A DNA stretch of 39,449 bases from a virus (lineage: Duplodnaviria; Caudoviricetes): positions 1-39,449 of IMG/VR virus record IMGVR_UViG_3300046490_000092. One strand, written 5' to 3'. Made by a program: the position numbers and the translations under genes. The notes under the pieces are model-generated. The model made no database searches and had not been told where the DNA came from. It saw only the letters and a program-made list of their open reading frames with translations. Within the stretch, counting starts at the first letter, position 1, and each line of letters opens with the position of its first letter. This document shows positions 16,222-25,638 of the stretch, piece by piece.

Positions 16222-16530
16222 CTACCTCCTCCAGCGTCTTGGGTTGGTTGCGTGGTCCTCCAGATGGCGGAACAACGCTTGCCGCTCGCGATCCTGAGCC
16301 GAGCGAAGCTCGACCATGTCGCGGTGCATCTCCGTCACTTGTTCGGTCAGCCCGGACAACATGTTCAGGGTGTGGCTGGCGAACCCGTTACCCGTGGGCT
16401 CGGCCAACCGTCGTACGTTCTCCACGCTGCGGGAGGTCTTGATGTGAGCGACAGTGACGGCCGCGACCAAAGACGCGATGGCGGTGATGCCCACCCCTAC
16501 CGTCGCCCACGCATCGGGCGACAGGTCCAT
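16222..16530 (-). CDS. lysis-cassette membrane protein (TM + coiled coil, DUF2746-like)
   Basis: MDLSPDAWATVGVGITAIASLVAAV TM, PTGNGFA, coiled coil ending HLEDH; between endolysin and holin. Confidence 0.75.
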   Translation of the reverse strand: MDLSPDAWATVGVGITAIASLVAAVTVAHIKTSRSVENVRRLAEPTGNGFASHTLNMLSGLTEQVTEMHRDMVELRSAQDRERQALFRHLEDHATNPRRWRR

Positions 16531-16970
16531 CAGGCATACTGCCAAATGGCCGGGGTGGCGACGGAGCTGTTCGTGAGGTTGTGTCCGGACGCATGCCGAA
16601 CATCCACGTGCCGGACGAGCTGGTGGCCGCCGGACCACTGCCACCCGATGCCGGAGAACGCTCCCAGCTCGCGGACCGCCTGCAACGGCGCGACCAGGTC
16701 GACGTCGCAGGCCGCTGCGAAGTTGTGCTGAGACGACCCGGGAGGCGCGGCGTTGGCCGGACCCTCCTGCTTGTACAGCTCGGCCTGGTAGTCGTTGCAC
16801 CGGTATCCCGAGACCACGATCAGGCCGTGAGGGTAGAACTTGGTGCGGAACGCCTCCAGCCCGTGGACGAGCGCGGACAGACCGACCGAGTGCTGGTCGG
16901 GGAGTCTGCCGCAGTGGTGGCACTTGAACTCGGAGAGCATGAAGTGCGGCGAGAGCCGAACGTCGGGCAT
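16530..16970 (-). CDS. endolysin, peptidase M15A family, single domain
   Basis: LSPHFMLSEFKCHHCG, SGYRC, SQH...ACD, GIG, HVDVR zinc-peptidase motifs; ATG 16970 with RBS GGGAGG. Confidence 0.88.
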   Translation of the reverse strand: MPDVRLSPHFMLSEFKCHHCGRLPDQHSVGLSALVHGLEAFRTKFYPHGLIVVSGYRCNDYQAELYKQEGPANAAPPGSSQHNFAAACDVDLVAPLQAVRELGAFSGIGWQWSGGHQLVRHVDVRHASGHNLTNSSVATPAIWQYA

Positions 16971-16986
16971 TGCGTGAACCTCCCGG

Positions 16987-17484
16987 TTATGTTCCCAAGA
17001 ATTCAACACTCAGGAACGAGTTTTGGCCGGAGCCGTTGTTGGTGCTCAAGGCCGATCCGCGGTCGTGGCCCGCGTACACTTCGACGTAGTCCGTGGACAC
17101 TGTGGCTTGAACGATGAGGGACCCAGTGACCACCATGCAGAAGTTTCCCGTGTTGGGGATCTCCGTATGGCCACCACTGATATCGCCCCCGTTCTTGCGG
17201 ATGACGGCCCCGCGGTAGGTGCCGCCAGCACCAGAGAACCAGGATACACCAGCCGTGACCCGGTACCAACCCAGCTCCAACCCGATTGTTACCTGGGTAC
17301 CAGATCCGGAGTGCATGTTGTATCGGTCGATGGTCTCGCTGTCGAACGTAACCGCGGTGTACGCACCAGTCGGGATCGACTGCGTGTTGAGCTGCCAGAC
17401 GGAGGTCAGCGGCCGGGTCGTGATCCACCAGTTGAGATCCGCGCTGGTGATGGGGTTGCCCGTGTTGAAAGTGGGTACGGCCAC
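16987..17484 (-). CDS. minor tail protein, C1q-like beta-sandwich
   Basis: VPTFNTGNPITSADLN N-terminal tail motif; VTFDSETID, GWYRVTAGV, DYVEVYA. Confidence 0.75.
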   Translation of the reverse strand: MAVPTFNTGNPITSADLNWWITTRPLTSVWQLNTQSIPTGAYTAVTFDSETIDRYNMHSGSGTQVTIGLELGWYRVTAGVSWFSGAGGTYRGAVIRKNGGDISGGHTEIPNTGNFCMVVTGSLIVQATVSTDYVEVYAGHDRGSALSTNNGSGQNSFLSVEFLGT

Positions 17485-17493
17485 GTGTGCTCC

Positions 17494-19995
17494 TCAGAAA
17501 GCGATTACTGCCGTGGAACCGATCAACCCCGTGCCGATCAACCCGGGGGTGTAAGGCGGGGGAGCTTCGAGCTGGAGAGTGCACGTCATCCCAGTGGTTG
17601 GTGTCTCCGCGAACTCGATGCCTTCCACGACCCCGAACACTGTGGATGTGAACGCAGGGGCCCGCCGCGCCACTTTGACGTAATCGCCCAACCGAACCGC
17701 ATACAACTGCGCAGCGATGGAAGGACGAGCCGTCAAATTGAACGTGACCGAGTCGATTCGCACCCGACCCGTGTTGAATCGCAGCGCCAGGTCCTGCGCC
17801 ATAGTCTGCAGATACGGCGGGTGCGGAGCATACGTCTTCACAGACAGCGGGTTGTTGATGAACGTAGTGGTATGGGACGCGTAGTACCCCGGCTTCCCCT
17901 GAGGCGCCGCATCAGACGTAGTGGTCACCGTATCGTACAAGTACGTCGCGTCGAGGACTGCCGCTAGGGAGTCCAACAGGTAGGGGACCTCCCCGCCCGC
18001 CACGTTCTCTCCTGCGGTGAGCGTCGGTCCGGCAGCCACGTTCTTGTACACTTGCAGGCGGGACAGGTAGGTCAGCTCGCCGGATGGCGCCGCGTAGACG
18101 TAACCCCCCTCACCAGCGGACGTTGACCGCGTCTTGTCCTGGAGTCCCCCGGCGAGGGCTGCAGCTTCAGCAACGTACCCACGCTCGTTGTTAATGGAGT
18201 TGTAACGGGACCACCCCCCGAGGGCCAAGATGCGTCTCAGGCGAACTCCGACCAGCTCCATGTAGTACGCCGAGGCGTTGCCCGATTGGCAATGTTGCGA
18301 GATGCGGGCGGAGGAGAGCGCCACTCCCTTGTAGACGGCGAAGTTAGAGATACGTCCATCGTAGCAGGTGGTCCCAATGAATCTGTCGTATCCGATGAAG
18401 CAACTCCATCGGGCTTCCGGAACGGCCCCCGCCCGGCTCGCCGAGCCTACCTGGTTGCCGTCTTGGTAGAACGTCTCCGTGATGTTGGTGCCGTCACAGG
18501 TAACGGTCAGTGCGGCGTGGTGCCAAGCCCCGTCGTCGCATTTGAACCCGGACAACGTAGTGAGCAACGTGCCGGACGAGTTGTAGAACAGATACTGAAG
18601 TTGTCCGGACCCAGACGCGAGCTTGAACAGCCCACGACTCACCAGGCCGCCGTACAGTCCGAGGATCACCATGTCGTACGAAGCTGAATTGACGGCGTTG
18701 GTCTGGAACCAAAATTCAACCGTATACGAGCCGGTGGGGCTTACAGCGTTGCCCAATACGGACGAGAAGCCGTTGTACCCAGCCCAGTCGTTCCAGATCC
18801 CGTAGGAGCTACCGGACGTGCCCGGAGCGTTGCTGAACGATGTGTACAGCTCGGAGTCAACACCCGGGGAACCTGTCTGTCCTGGCTTGAAGCTACCCAG
18901 ATTTACACCGGTCGGGTAGAAACCCCAGTACGGCGAGGCGGTTGTGGGGCTGGTCCCGTAGTTGGTCGTGTCGGTAGGAATCCACGCGGCGCTGGGTTCA
19001 CGAAACGGCCAATACCAAGTCGGGGAATCGAGTAAGATCTCACCCAGAAGCATGTCGTTGACGGAACTCTGTCGAGCCGCCAGCCCAAGCGCGTCAATCA
19101 CGCTTAGGCGACACACTCCATCGAATCCACCCCATCGCCAAGTCTTGGGGTATGCGTCGATGAATCCCCAAAACATGGGATAGATGGTTACCCCAGACGT
19201 GGTGAACGCCGAAGCGGAGGAGGCGTATTCAAGTTGCACTGAGTCGACATGCACCTGCTGCCCGGCCGTGGTGCTGCCCGAAGCGAATAGGCGCATCGTG
19301 GAATCGCCGTCCACTGCCGTGAAAGTGCAGACGACGCGCTGCCAAGATCCCGTAGTCGACGTGCTGGTAGCGGTCGACCCATTGATCTGCAGCGTGATGG
19401 CCGGTCCGGACACGAGCCACACCCAAGCCGACAGAGTGTAGACGTACCCGGATCGGACCGGCAACCCGTACAGGCTGATCGACGCCGTGCTACCGACGCC
19501 GCCACCGGTCTGAGTTGGCCAAGTTACCAACATTGACTTGGTTCCATCGTGGGCCCGCACGGCGCTGTTACTGATGGCTGAACCGCCCGCCGACCAGCAG
19601 CCGGTGGTCCCGCCCTCGAAACTGGCCGAATCCGCATAGCCGCCGGATAGGCCCGAGACTCGGGCCCAAACGTCGTTCGCGGAGCAGATCAGGTTGCCCG
19701 CTGCGTTCGCCATCTCCCAGTGTCGGATCTGGCGATACAGTGTCAGCGAGTTTCCGCCGGAGTTGTAGACCGAACTTCCATTGAGGGGGTTGAGGGACTC
19801 GTCCTTGTCTCGGACCACCAACCCTGCGACGCCGGTTTCAGGGATTCCCAGCTCGTGCTGCTTCCCGTACTTGTGGTTCCATCCTTCTATCCTGTCGGAC
19901 AAGGTGTACCACTTGGTGGGGACCACCATCGGGCCCGAGTCGAAGTTGGCTTGCCAACCCTGAACCGAACGGTTCGGATTCTGGGTGCGAGCCAC
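17494..19995 (-). CDS. minor tail/hub protein with CBM-like and LamG-like inserts
   Basis: Follows the tape measure; ASFEGGTTGCW...YTLSAWV...VDSVQLE (CBM-like) and YTVEFWF...DGAWHHAALT...YDGRISNFAVY (LamG-like). Confidence 0.85.
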   Translation of the reverse strand: MARTQNPNRSVQGWQANFDSGPMVVPTKWYTLSDRIEGWNHKYGKQHELGIPETGVAGLVVRDKDESLNPLNGSSVYNSGGNSLTLYRQIRHWEMANAAGNLICSANDVWARVSGLSGGYADSASFEGGTTGCWSAGGSAISNSAVRAHDGTKSMLVTWPTQTGGGVGSTASISLYGLPVRSGYVYTLSAWVWLVSGPAITLQINGSTATSTSTTGSWQRVVCTFTAVDGDSTMRLFASGSTTAGQQVHVDSVQLEYASSASAFTTSGVTIYPMFWGFIDAYPKTWRWGGFDGVCRLSVIDALGLAARQSSVNDMLLGEILLDSPTWYWPFREPSAAWIPTDTTNYGTSPTTASPYWGFYPTGVNLGSFKPGQTGSPGVDSELYTSFSNAPGTSGSSYGIWNDWAGYNGFSSVLGNAVSPTGSYTVEFWFQTNAVNSASYDMVILGLYGGLVSRGLFKLASGSGQLQYLFYNSSGTLLTTLSGFKCDDGAWHHAALTVTCDGTNITETFYQDGNQVGSASRAGAVPEARWSCFIGYDRFIGTTCYDGRISNFAVYKGVALSSARISQHCQSGNASAYYMELVGVRLRRILALGGWSRYNSINNERGYVAEAAALAGGLQDKTRSTSAGEGGYVYAAPSGELTYLSRLQVYKNVAAGPTLTAGENVAGGEVPYLLDSLAAVLDATYLYDTVTTTSDAAPQGKPGYYASHTTTFINNPLSVKTYAPHPPYLQTMAQDLALRFNTGRVRIDSVTFNLTARPSIAAQLYAVRLGDYVKVARRAPAFTSTVFGVVEGIEFAETPTTGMTCTLQLEAPPPYTPGLIGTGLIGSTAVIAF

Positions 19996-22025
19996 TACGA
20001 CCTCCCCGCCGGAACAGCCAGGCCGGTGTTACCGTTGCGGATGCCGTAGAACACGGTCTGCCGCTGCATCACCGGCTGGATCTGCTGTCCATCAATCATG
20101 ATCACGTTCTGGATCATCGTACTGCCGGACCGCTGGGACGGAATGGACCCCCCGCCCGGACTGCTGCTGTAGGAAGATGAAGACGGGCCGCTCATCATAT
20201 CGCGGGAAACCACGTACTCCCCGCCGTGAACTACGGCCAACATAGGCGCACCGGCAGCCCCTGGCACCCACCCGCCATCGTCGAAGCCCATCAGCCCACC
20301 TAGGCTGCCCAGAGATGATCCGACGTCACTGAAAAACCCGCCCATCCCGGAGAACGTACTGGACAGATTGCCGAACCAGTGGTAGAGGTCCTTACACTTG
20401 TCCACAATCCACCCAATGACGTCCAGCATGCGAGAGAAGAAATGGAGCGTTCCCTCGGCCGTAGTACCAACGAACCAGCCCAGCTTCTCGATCACCCAGA
20501 CCAGCGCGGATCCTTCAAGCTCGATGTATTTGGCCGTCAGCTTCTCGATGAAATCGATCGTCGGCTTGATCCAATACTGATTTCGCTGCCAGGACTCTTC
20601 CAGGTCCTGCAAACCGGGTTTGAGATGGTTTACGATACTGTTCCACGCACCTTCTAGTGCAGGCACCAGCTTATGCGTGAACCAGTCGGAAACTTCGCCT
20701 ACGATGTCCCGCACAGGTTTGAAGTTGTCGTACGCCCATTTGAGCCCGTAGGCCAGAGCGCCGATTCCAAGGATCACCGCTGCAATCGGGGCGGCAGCGA
20801 CGATCATCGATCCGATGAAGGACCCGATTGCTACTACCAACACCGTACCGACCGCGACCGCCAGACCCTCGGCAACCTCTTTGTGCTTTTCAAGCCATTC
20901 GACACCCTTCATGATGGCGTCGGTGGCCTTCTCGACATAAGGAATCAAGAAGTTACCAAGCTTGATGCCTAACGCATCGATCTTGGCCGTAACAGCGTCC
21001 ATCTTGAACTGGAAAGTCTCGGTCGTGTCTTTCCACGCCTGCCCGAATTCCGTGGCACCCTTGTTGATTTCAGGGTACTTGGACAGCATCCGGTCGAACT
21101 CCCCAACCAGCATGTTGAGACCGACACCGGCCTTGCGCCCGAACACGTCAGTAATGATACCACTGCTGTTTTCGGCGCTAATTCCGGCGGCTTTCATGTG
21201 GTCCATGAGGTCCGTCAAGGCAAGCTTCAAGCCGCCCTTCTGCATGTCCTTGGAGAGCTGATCAGATGCGAGCCCTAGCTTCTTGAGCCCGTCCGACGAT
21301 CCGGAGATCGGTTTACCCAGGGACGTGAGGACCATGCGGAGCTGAGTACCGGCGTCCGCACCGCGCTTGTTGTTGTCGCCGAACACAGCGAGTGCAGCGC
21401 CAACGTCCTGGATCGATGCGCCGAAGCCCTTAGCGACCGAGATCACGCCGGTACCGAACGCGTCCGCCAGGTCCTGCATCGACATGTCACCGGCACCGAC
21501 GGTCGCGTTGAGCGCGCCCATCGCCTGTTCCATGTTATTGACGCCAGGGAGACCCGCGGCCAGCACTGCGGTCAGGGCGTTGGTGACATCCACTACCTTG
21601 GCGCCGCCGACCTTGGCTCCTTCAGCGGCAACCTGGACGGCGTGTAGAGCCTCGGGACCCTTGATCCCGAGAGATGCAAAGTTGGATTCGACGTGGTACA
21701 GAGCCTCAGCCAACGAGTCGGGGCTCTGACCCACCTTGCCTGCGAGCTCAAGGACCCCATCTTCCAGGCCCTTGATGTCCTTGAGCGGGACGTGGGCTTG
21801 AGTGGAGATGCGGGTCATCGACGCATCGAACGCCGCTGCGGCTTTGATGGAGTGCTCGGCGACTAGACCTAGTCCAACAACTGCAACGCCGCCAAGGACT
21901 GACATACCCTTGAACGCGCCAGACAGCGCGCTTCCCTCGCCGACCAGTGCGCCCGCTCGGCCCATCGCGCTTTCGAACTCAGAAATGTTCGCCGTTAGTA
22001 CGGCGACCAGCGGAGGAAGCGCCAC
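19995..22025 (-). CDS. tape measure protein (TP901-type, 676 aa)
   Basis: Ala/Gly-rich helical repeats, GADAGTQLR, Trp-periodic region, FDDGGWVPG...AVVHGGEYV C-terminal motif. Confidence 0.93.
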   Translation of the reverse strand: MALPPLVAVLTANISEFESAMGRAGALVGEGSALSGAFKGMSVLGGVAVVGLGLVAEHSIKAAAAFDASMTRISTQAHVPLKDIKGLEDGVLELAGKVGQSPDSLAEALYHVESNFASLGIKGPEALHAVQVAAEGAKVGGAKVVDVTNALTAVLAAGLPGVNNMEQAMGALNATVGAGDMSMQDLADAFGTGVISVAKGFGASIQDVGAALAVFGDNNKRGADAGTQLRMVLTSLGKPISGSSDGLKKLGLASDQLSKDMQKGGLKLALTDLMDHMKAAGISAENSSGIITDVFGRKAGVGLNMLVGEFDRMLSKYPEINKGATEFGQAWKDTTETFQFKMDAVTAKIDALGIKLGNFLIPYVEKATDAIMKGVEWLEKHKEVAEGLAVAVGTVLVVAIGSFIGSMIVAAAPIAAVILGIGALAYGLKWAYDNFKPVRDIVGEVSDWFTHKLVPALEGAWNSIVNHLKPGLQDLEESWQRNQYWIKPTIDFIEKLTAKYIELEGSALVWVIEKLGWFVGTTAEGTLHFFSRMLDVIGWIVDKCKDLYHWFGNLSSTFSGMGGFFSDVGSSLGSLGGLMGFDDGGWVPGAAGAPMLAVVHGGEYVVSRDMMSGPSSSSYSSSPGGGSIPSQRSGSTMIQNVIMIDGQQIQPVMQRQTVFYGIRNGNTGLAVPAGRS

Positions 22026-22026
22026 G

Positions 22027-22473
22027 TTATGCCCCTAACAGAGCGGCAGCCCATGCCGTCTCAAAATCGTCCCTCAGAACTCCGCGATCGACGGCGTCCT
22101 GCAGGCCAGGCTCGAAGTACGGGAAAGGCGACTGATTGAACACCCGACCTTTGGCGTCCGAACCGCGGAAGCCGAATTCGATGCGACGTGCGTAGTCCGT
22201 GTTAGCCGAGATGGTGGACGCCCAACCACCAACGTTCCCCGGTACCCCGCTAACCCGAAGGGACGTGGACCTAATGGAGTCGAACAGTGTACCCGAGATG
22301 CGATTTGGTCCTGGGCGCCCGTCCATGTGGGACCGGATCAGATCCACTATCTTGAGACCTGCAGCCTTGGACGCGAGTTCGGTGCTGGCCGCCACCCGGA
22401 CCACGGTGGCGGCTAACGCCGCTTCAAATTCGGGAACGCCTAGAATCCGCACGCTGATGCCAGGGTTAGTCAT
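22027..22473 (-). CDS. HK97 gp10-like tail-completion/neck protein
   Basis: SGTLFDSI, TDYARRIEFG and PFPYFEPG motifs. Confidence 0.8.
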   Translation of the reverse strand: MTNPGISVRILGVPEFEAALAATVVRVAASTELASKAAGLKIVDLIRSHMDGRPGPNRISGTLFDSIRSTSLRVSGVPGNVGGWASTISANTDYARRIEFGFRGSDAKGRVFNQSPFPYFEPGLQDAVDRGVLRDDFETAWAAALLGA

Positions 22474-22693
22474 TGCTGCCTTCACCCCGAGTCTTCTTTA
22501 CCAGACCGTGGATGGCCAGCATCCAATCGGCCGTCTTGGCGCTGGTGTTATCAACCTGGTTCGGGGTCCATCCGAATGCATCCGCAAACAACCAGTACCG
22601 GAACTCCTCATCCGGTAACTGGTCGATGTCGTAGTAGTCTTTCTCGGCTTTCCCCTCCAGCACGTTCCTCAGACGGCGGAGGGCAAAGTAGGG
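22466..22693 (-). CDS. tail assembly chaperone, frameshifted (GT) C-terminal segment
   Basis: Open -1 frame relative to 22669..23004: PYFALRRLRNVLEG...AFGWTPNQVD...; WTP-x-x-x-D is typical of gpT-like segments. Confidence 0.7.
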   Translation of the reverse strand, partial: PYFALRRLRNVLEGKAEKDYYDIDQLPDEEFRYWLFADAFGWTPNQVDNTSAKTADWMLAIHGLVKKTRGEGSND

Positions 22694-23004
22694 GAAGCCG
22701 GGTCCGGGTCGGGCTCGAAGTCGGGAGAGATCTGCTTCAGCAGTTCCGAGATGTACCGACCCATCGCATCCAAGAGATGGACCGGCAGATCGTCGAGAGC
22801 CTCCAACGTCTCCGGTCGCTCGAAGTTGGGCAGTGGGAGCGGAAGGGTCCAGGACTTGATGAAGAAAACGGTTGCGAGATTCGGCCTGTCCTCCGACGGA
22901 ACCTCTTTGATTGCTCGGTAGAAAGCCTTGCGTATGCGGCCGGTGATCTCGTCGGGCGTGAGGAACTCGGCGGTGCCGCCGGGAATGTTGATGGTACAGG
23001 TCAT
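22669..23004 (-). CDS. tail assembly chaperone (G)
   Basis: Immediately after the major tail gene; IKSWTL and LDDLP motifs; ends DPDPASPT. Confidence 0.8.
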   Translation of the reverse strand: MTCTINIPGGTAEFLTPDEITGRIRKAFYRAIKEVPSEDRPNLATVFFIKSWTLPLPLPNFERPETLEALDDLPVHLLDAMGRYISELLKQISPDFEPDPDPASPTLPSAV

Positions 23005-23029
23005 GACAGATCCTCCCGGGATCTTGGTG

Positions 23030-24001
23030 TTACACGTAGACGTTCGTAGCCTTGGCGTTCTGGATGGTGGCCTTGAGGGGGGAGAAGCCGCCGGATGCTC
23101 CAGCGTCCGTGGAGTTGCCCAGCATCTCCCAGGTGATCTCGTACTCGACGAACCTCTTGCCGCGCACGGGCTTGGCGAGATCGTAGTTCACCTTGCTGCC
23201 GTGGAACTGAGTCTGGACTAACGCCGCTCCGGCTCCCTGAGTGAAGTTGAAGTCGAACGTGGTCTGCGTCGCCGATAGGTAGTTCGTCATCTGGGTGTTG
23301 ACGTCCGCCACGAGCACGCACTTGCCTGTGACCTCGATCTCACCGACGAAGATCTCCAGCGGAGCCTGCGTCCCATCGGCGGTGTTGATCGGCTCGCCAG
23401 CCCGCTTCATCTTGATATCGGCGCTGACCAAGGTGCTCAGGGTCGAACCGCCCACCTTGAACACACAAAGCCAGCCGGGCAGCATCCGAATGGTCGAGGG
23501 AGCGTTGGTGGGCTTGGCCTGGATCACGGACTGGAACCCCTGGAAAGCGCCATCCCAGGTGAAGCCCTTCTCGCCATCCCAGGCGAAGTTCAGATCGTAC
23601 CAGCGAGAGCCCACAAAGCCTCGGGGCTCCACCGAGTTGAAGTCGGTCCAGGACTGGGAAGTGGGCTGGCCGTCACCGGAGTTCTTGATTGCGCCTGCGT
23701 AGGTGTACGGAGCCGACGCGCCCGAAGCCGTCACGTCACCCAGCATGCCCATGAGTGGGTAGCCAATGGTGTCGGGGAACACCGGTCCACCGAGCGTGGC
23801 CTTCGACCAGACGGGACCGGCGATCTTGTCGTAAGATTTGACCATCGATCCGCGGGTGGCATCGTCATTGATCCAGGTGGTCATGTCCTCTGGATCGAAC
23901 TTGGTGAGTGGGATGTAGTCCGTCGGCGCGACGTACGTTCCCGTGTCCTTGGCCACCCCCCAGAACGATAGTGCAGTCGGGTTGGCGAGGTTGGCCGTCA
24001 T
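23030..24001 (-). CDS. major tail (tube) protein
   Basis: ATG 24001 with RBS AAGGAG; WGVAKDTGTYVAPTDYIP N-terminal tube motif; precedes the chaperones. Confidence 0.88.
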   Translation of the reverse strand: MTANLANPTALSFWGVAKDTGTYVAPTDYIPLTKFDPEDMTTWINDDATRGSMVKSYDKIAGPVWSKATLGGPVFPDTIGYPLMGMLGDVTASGASAPYTYAGAIKNSGDGQPTSQSWTDFNSVEPRGFVGSRWYDLNFAWDGEKGFTWDGAFQGFQSVIQAKPTNAPSTIRMLPGWLCVFKVGGSTLSTLVSADIKMKRAGEPINTADGTQAPLEIFVGEIEVTGKCVLVADVNTQMTNYLSATQTTFDFNFTQGAGAALVQTQFHGSKVNYDLAKPVRGKRFVEYEITWEMLGNSTDAGASGGFSPLKATIQNAKATNVYV

Positions 24002-24207
24002 TCGGCTGTCTCCTTCTCGTAGACCCACGGGTACTGCGACACCGGTCGCAGTCGCCGAACGTCGATGGTAACGGTGTCAGGCACCGGCTCGAACCAGCCA
24101 CTCCCCAGGTGTGGGGGGGTTTCAGACTCCACGAGGTCGCCGTCCTCCAGGCGTCCGAACACCTGAGAGTCTCGGGGTGTCTCCTCGGTGTACCGCCACA
24201 TCGGCAT
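23998..24207 (-). CDS. small hypothetical virion-cluster protein
   Basis: MPMWRYTEETPRD...GDLVE...GWFE; fills the gap with ATGA overlap to the tail gene. Confidence 0.6.
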   Translation of the reverse strand: MPMWRYTEETPRDSQVFGRLEDGDLVESETPPHLGSGWFEPVPDTVTIDVRRLRPVSQYPWVYEKETAE

Positions 24208-24215
24208 GCTCACTC

Positions 24216-24716
24216 CTACGCTTGGATCTCTTCGGACACGAGCCATTCCACGCCGACCCACGTGATGGATACGCCGTTGGCTACCCCGTCGTTGATGTAG
24301 GTGACGTCGCCCCGATTCACCTTGATCTTGGCGTCGTAGGGGCCCTGCCCCGACTCCCACACGGCATCGGGACTCTGACCCATCCGAGGATCCGAGCGAA
24401 TGCGCGTCTTCACGGACTCGATCATGTCGTCTAGGGCATCGGCGATGTCGCTGCCCTGGCCGTCCGACATGAAATGGCAGATCAACAGTTGGATGGTGTA
24501 GTCGACCATCGTCCAGCCAGTCACCGCCGGAAAGGAGACCCGGCTCTCGGTCTCCTTGGCGATGTGAATGCACGCCAGCGTCTGCTCCGGAATCGTGATT
24601 CCCGTGGCCAGCAGTTGCATCTGGTTGTCCCATTCCTTCAAGATCACCGGAAGGGACGAGAGCTGAGGCTTGGTGAGAAACGCCTGCACGATGTTGCGGA
24701 TCGATTTGCTACTCAT
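24216..24716 (-). CDS. putative tail terminator
   Basis: Position before the major tail gene; DALDDMIESVKTRIRSDPRMG helix typical of terminator-like proteins. Confidence 0.65.
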   Translation of the reverse strand: MSSKSIRNIVQAFLTKPQLSSLPVILKEWDNQMQLLATGITIPEQTLACIHIAKETESRVSFPAVTGWTMVDYTIQLLICHFMSDGQGSDIADALDDMIESVKTRIRSDPRMGQSPDAVWESGQGPYDAKIKVNRGDVTYINDGVANGVSITWVGVEWLVSEEIQA

Positions 24717-25630
24717 CGGGGCGGCCTCTGGTACCGGAACAGGAGATCCGTCGCTGTCTTGACGTTGGCGTCCACGTACTCGGTCGACTGCTGCGCACCC
24801 CGGTTGCCGGACCCGCCCTGCGTCAAGCGACCGGCGAGCGTGTTCATCTGGGGGGCGAGCACCGCAACCGCGCCACGCGTTTGGATGAGGGTGGATGCGA
24901 GGAGGATCGTAGCCTGTCGGATATCTTCCGGGATGGCGCTCACGGTGACGCCGGAGCCGTGTGCGAAGACCAGGGCGGACGCCAGCGGCACCGAGCTACC
25001 CCCCGCGTACGCCGCGCTCACCGTGACCTGCTCCGTTTGCGCTCCGTCGTACACCACCATCGACATACCGGGTTGCACACCCAACGGGGCAGAGATGGTC
25101 AAGCTGGTCGCACCCGCTGAAGCCCCGCCAGAGAGGGTGGCATGGGGCCACCCGGCGATGTGGGACCACTGGCAGTAGACCGAGCGTCCCGGCCGCACCG
25201 AGCCGAATTGCAGGGGCCCTGCGGTCGACATGAACCCGGAAGTGAGAGGGACCTCGTAGAAATAGAAGTCCGGCGTGACGTCGGACAAATCGCTCTTCGA
25301 GGCCAGGTTAGAGGCACTGGTCCCGTAAGCGAAACTGACCAATTGCAAACAAGGCGTGTTGCGTGGGTTGACCAGGATCGTGCCATCCGGGCGAGCCGTC
25401 ATCCGCCGAATCTCGGTGTCCTGGTACGCGATCACGGGGATCGGACGTTTCATGATGGTGTCGGCCCATGCCGAAGCGGCCCGGATGCGGTTCAATAACT
25501 CCGCATCCGTAGCCGCTGCGTCTCCCTTAACAAGGGCGGCAGTGTCGACGCCGGTTGGAGCCTGCCGGTAGTCCGCGACTGAGATGTAAGGCTTTGCCGA
25601 CGTCGGCAGCGTCGGATTTACGGCAGGCAC
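24713..25630 (-). CDS. head-to-tail adaptor with an inserted beta domain
   Basis: PYISVADY, RAASAWAD, AGWP, IPEDIRQATI and LLFRY adaptor motifs. Confidence 0.8.
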   Translation of the reverse strand: MPAVNPTLPTSAKPYISVADYRQAPTGVDTAALVKGDAAATDAELLNRIRAASAWADTIMKRPIPVIAYQDTEIRRMTARPDGTILVNPRNTPCLQLVSFAYGTSASNLASKSDLSDVTPDFYFYEVPLTSGFMSTAGPLQFGSVRPGRSVYCQWSHIAGWPHATLSGGASAGATSLTISAPLGVQPGMSMVVYDGAQTEQVTVSAAYAGGSSVPLASALVFAHGSGVTVSAIPEDIRQATILLASTLIQTRGAVAVLAPQMNTLAGRLTQGGSGNRGAQQSTEYVDANVKTATDLLFRYQRPPR

Positions 25631-25638
25631 ATCGTCTC

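Noticed and set aside
22649-22655. GGGGAAA slippery heptamer as the chaperone frameshift site
   Set aside because: It lies downstream of the G stop codon (22669-22671), so G-frame ribosomes never reach it.
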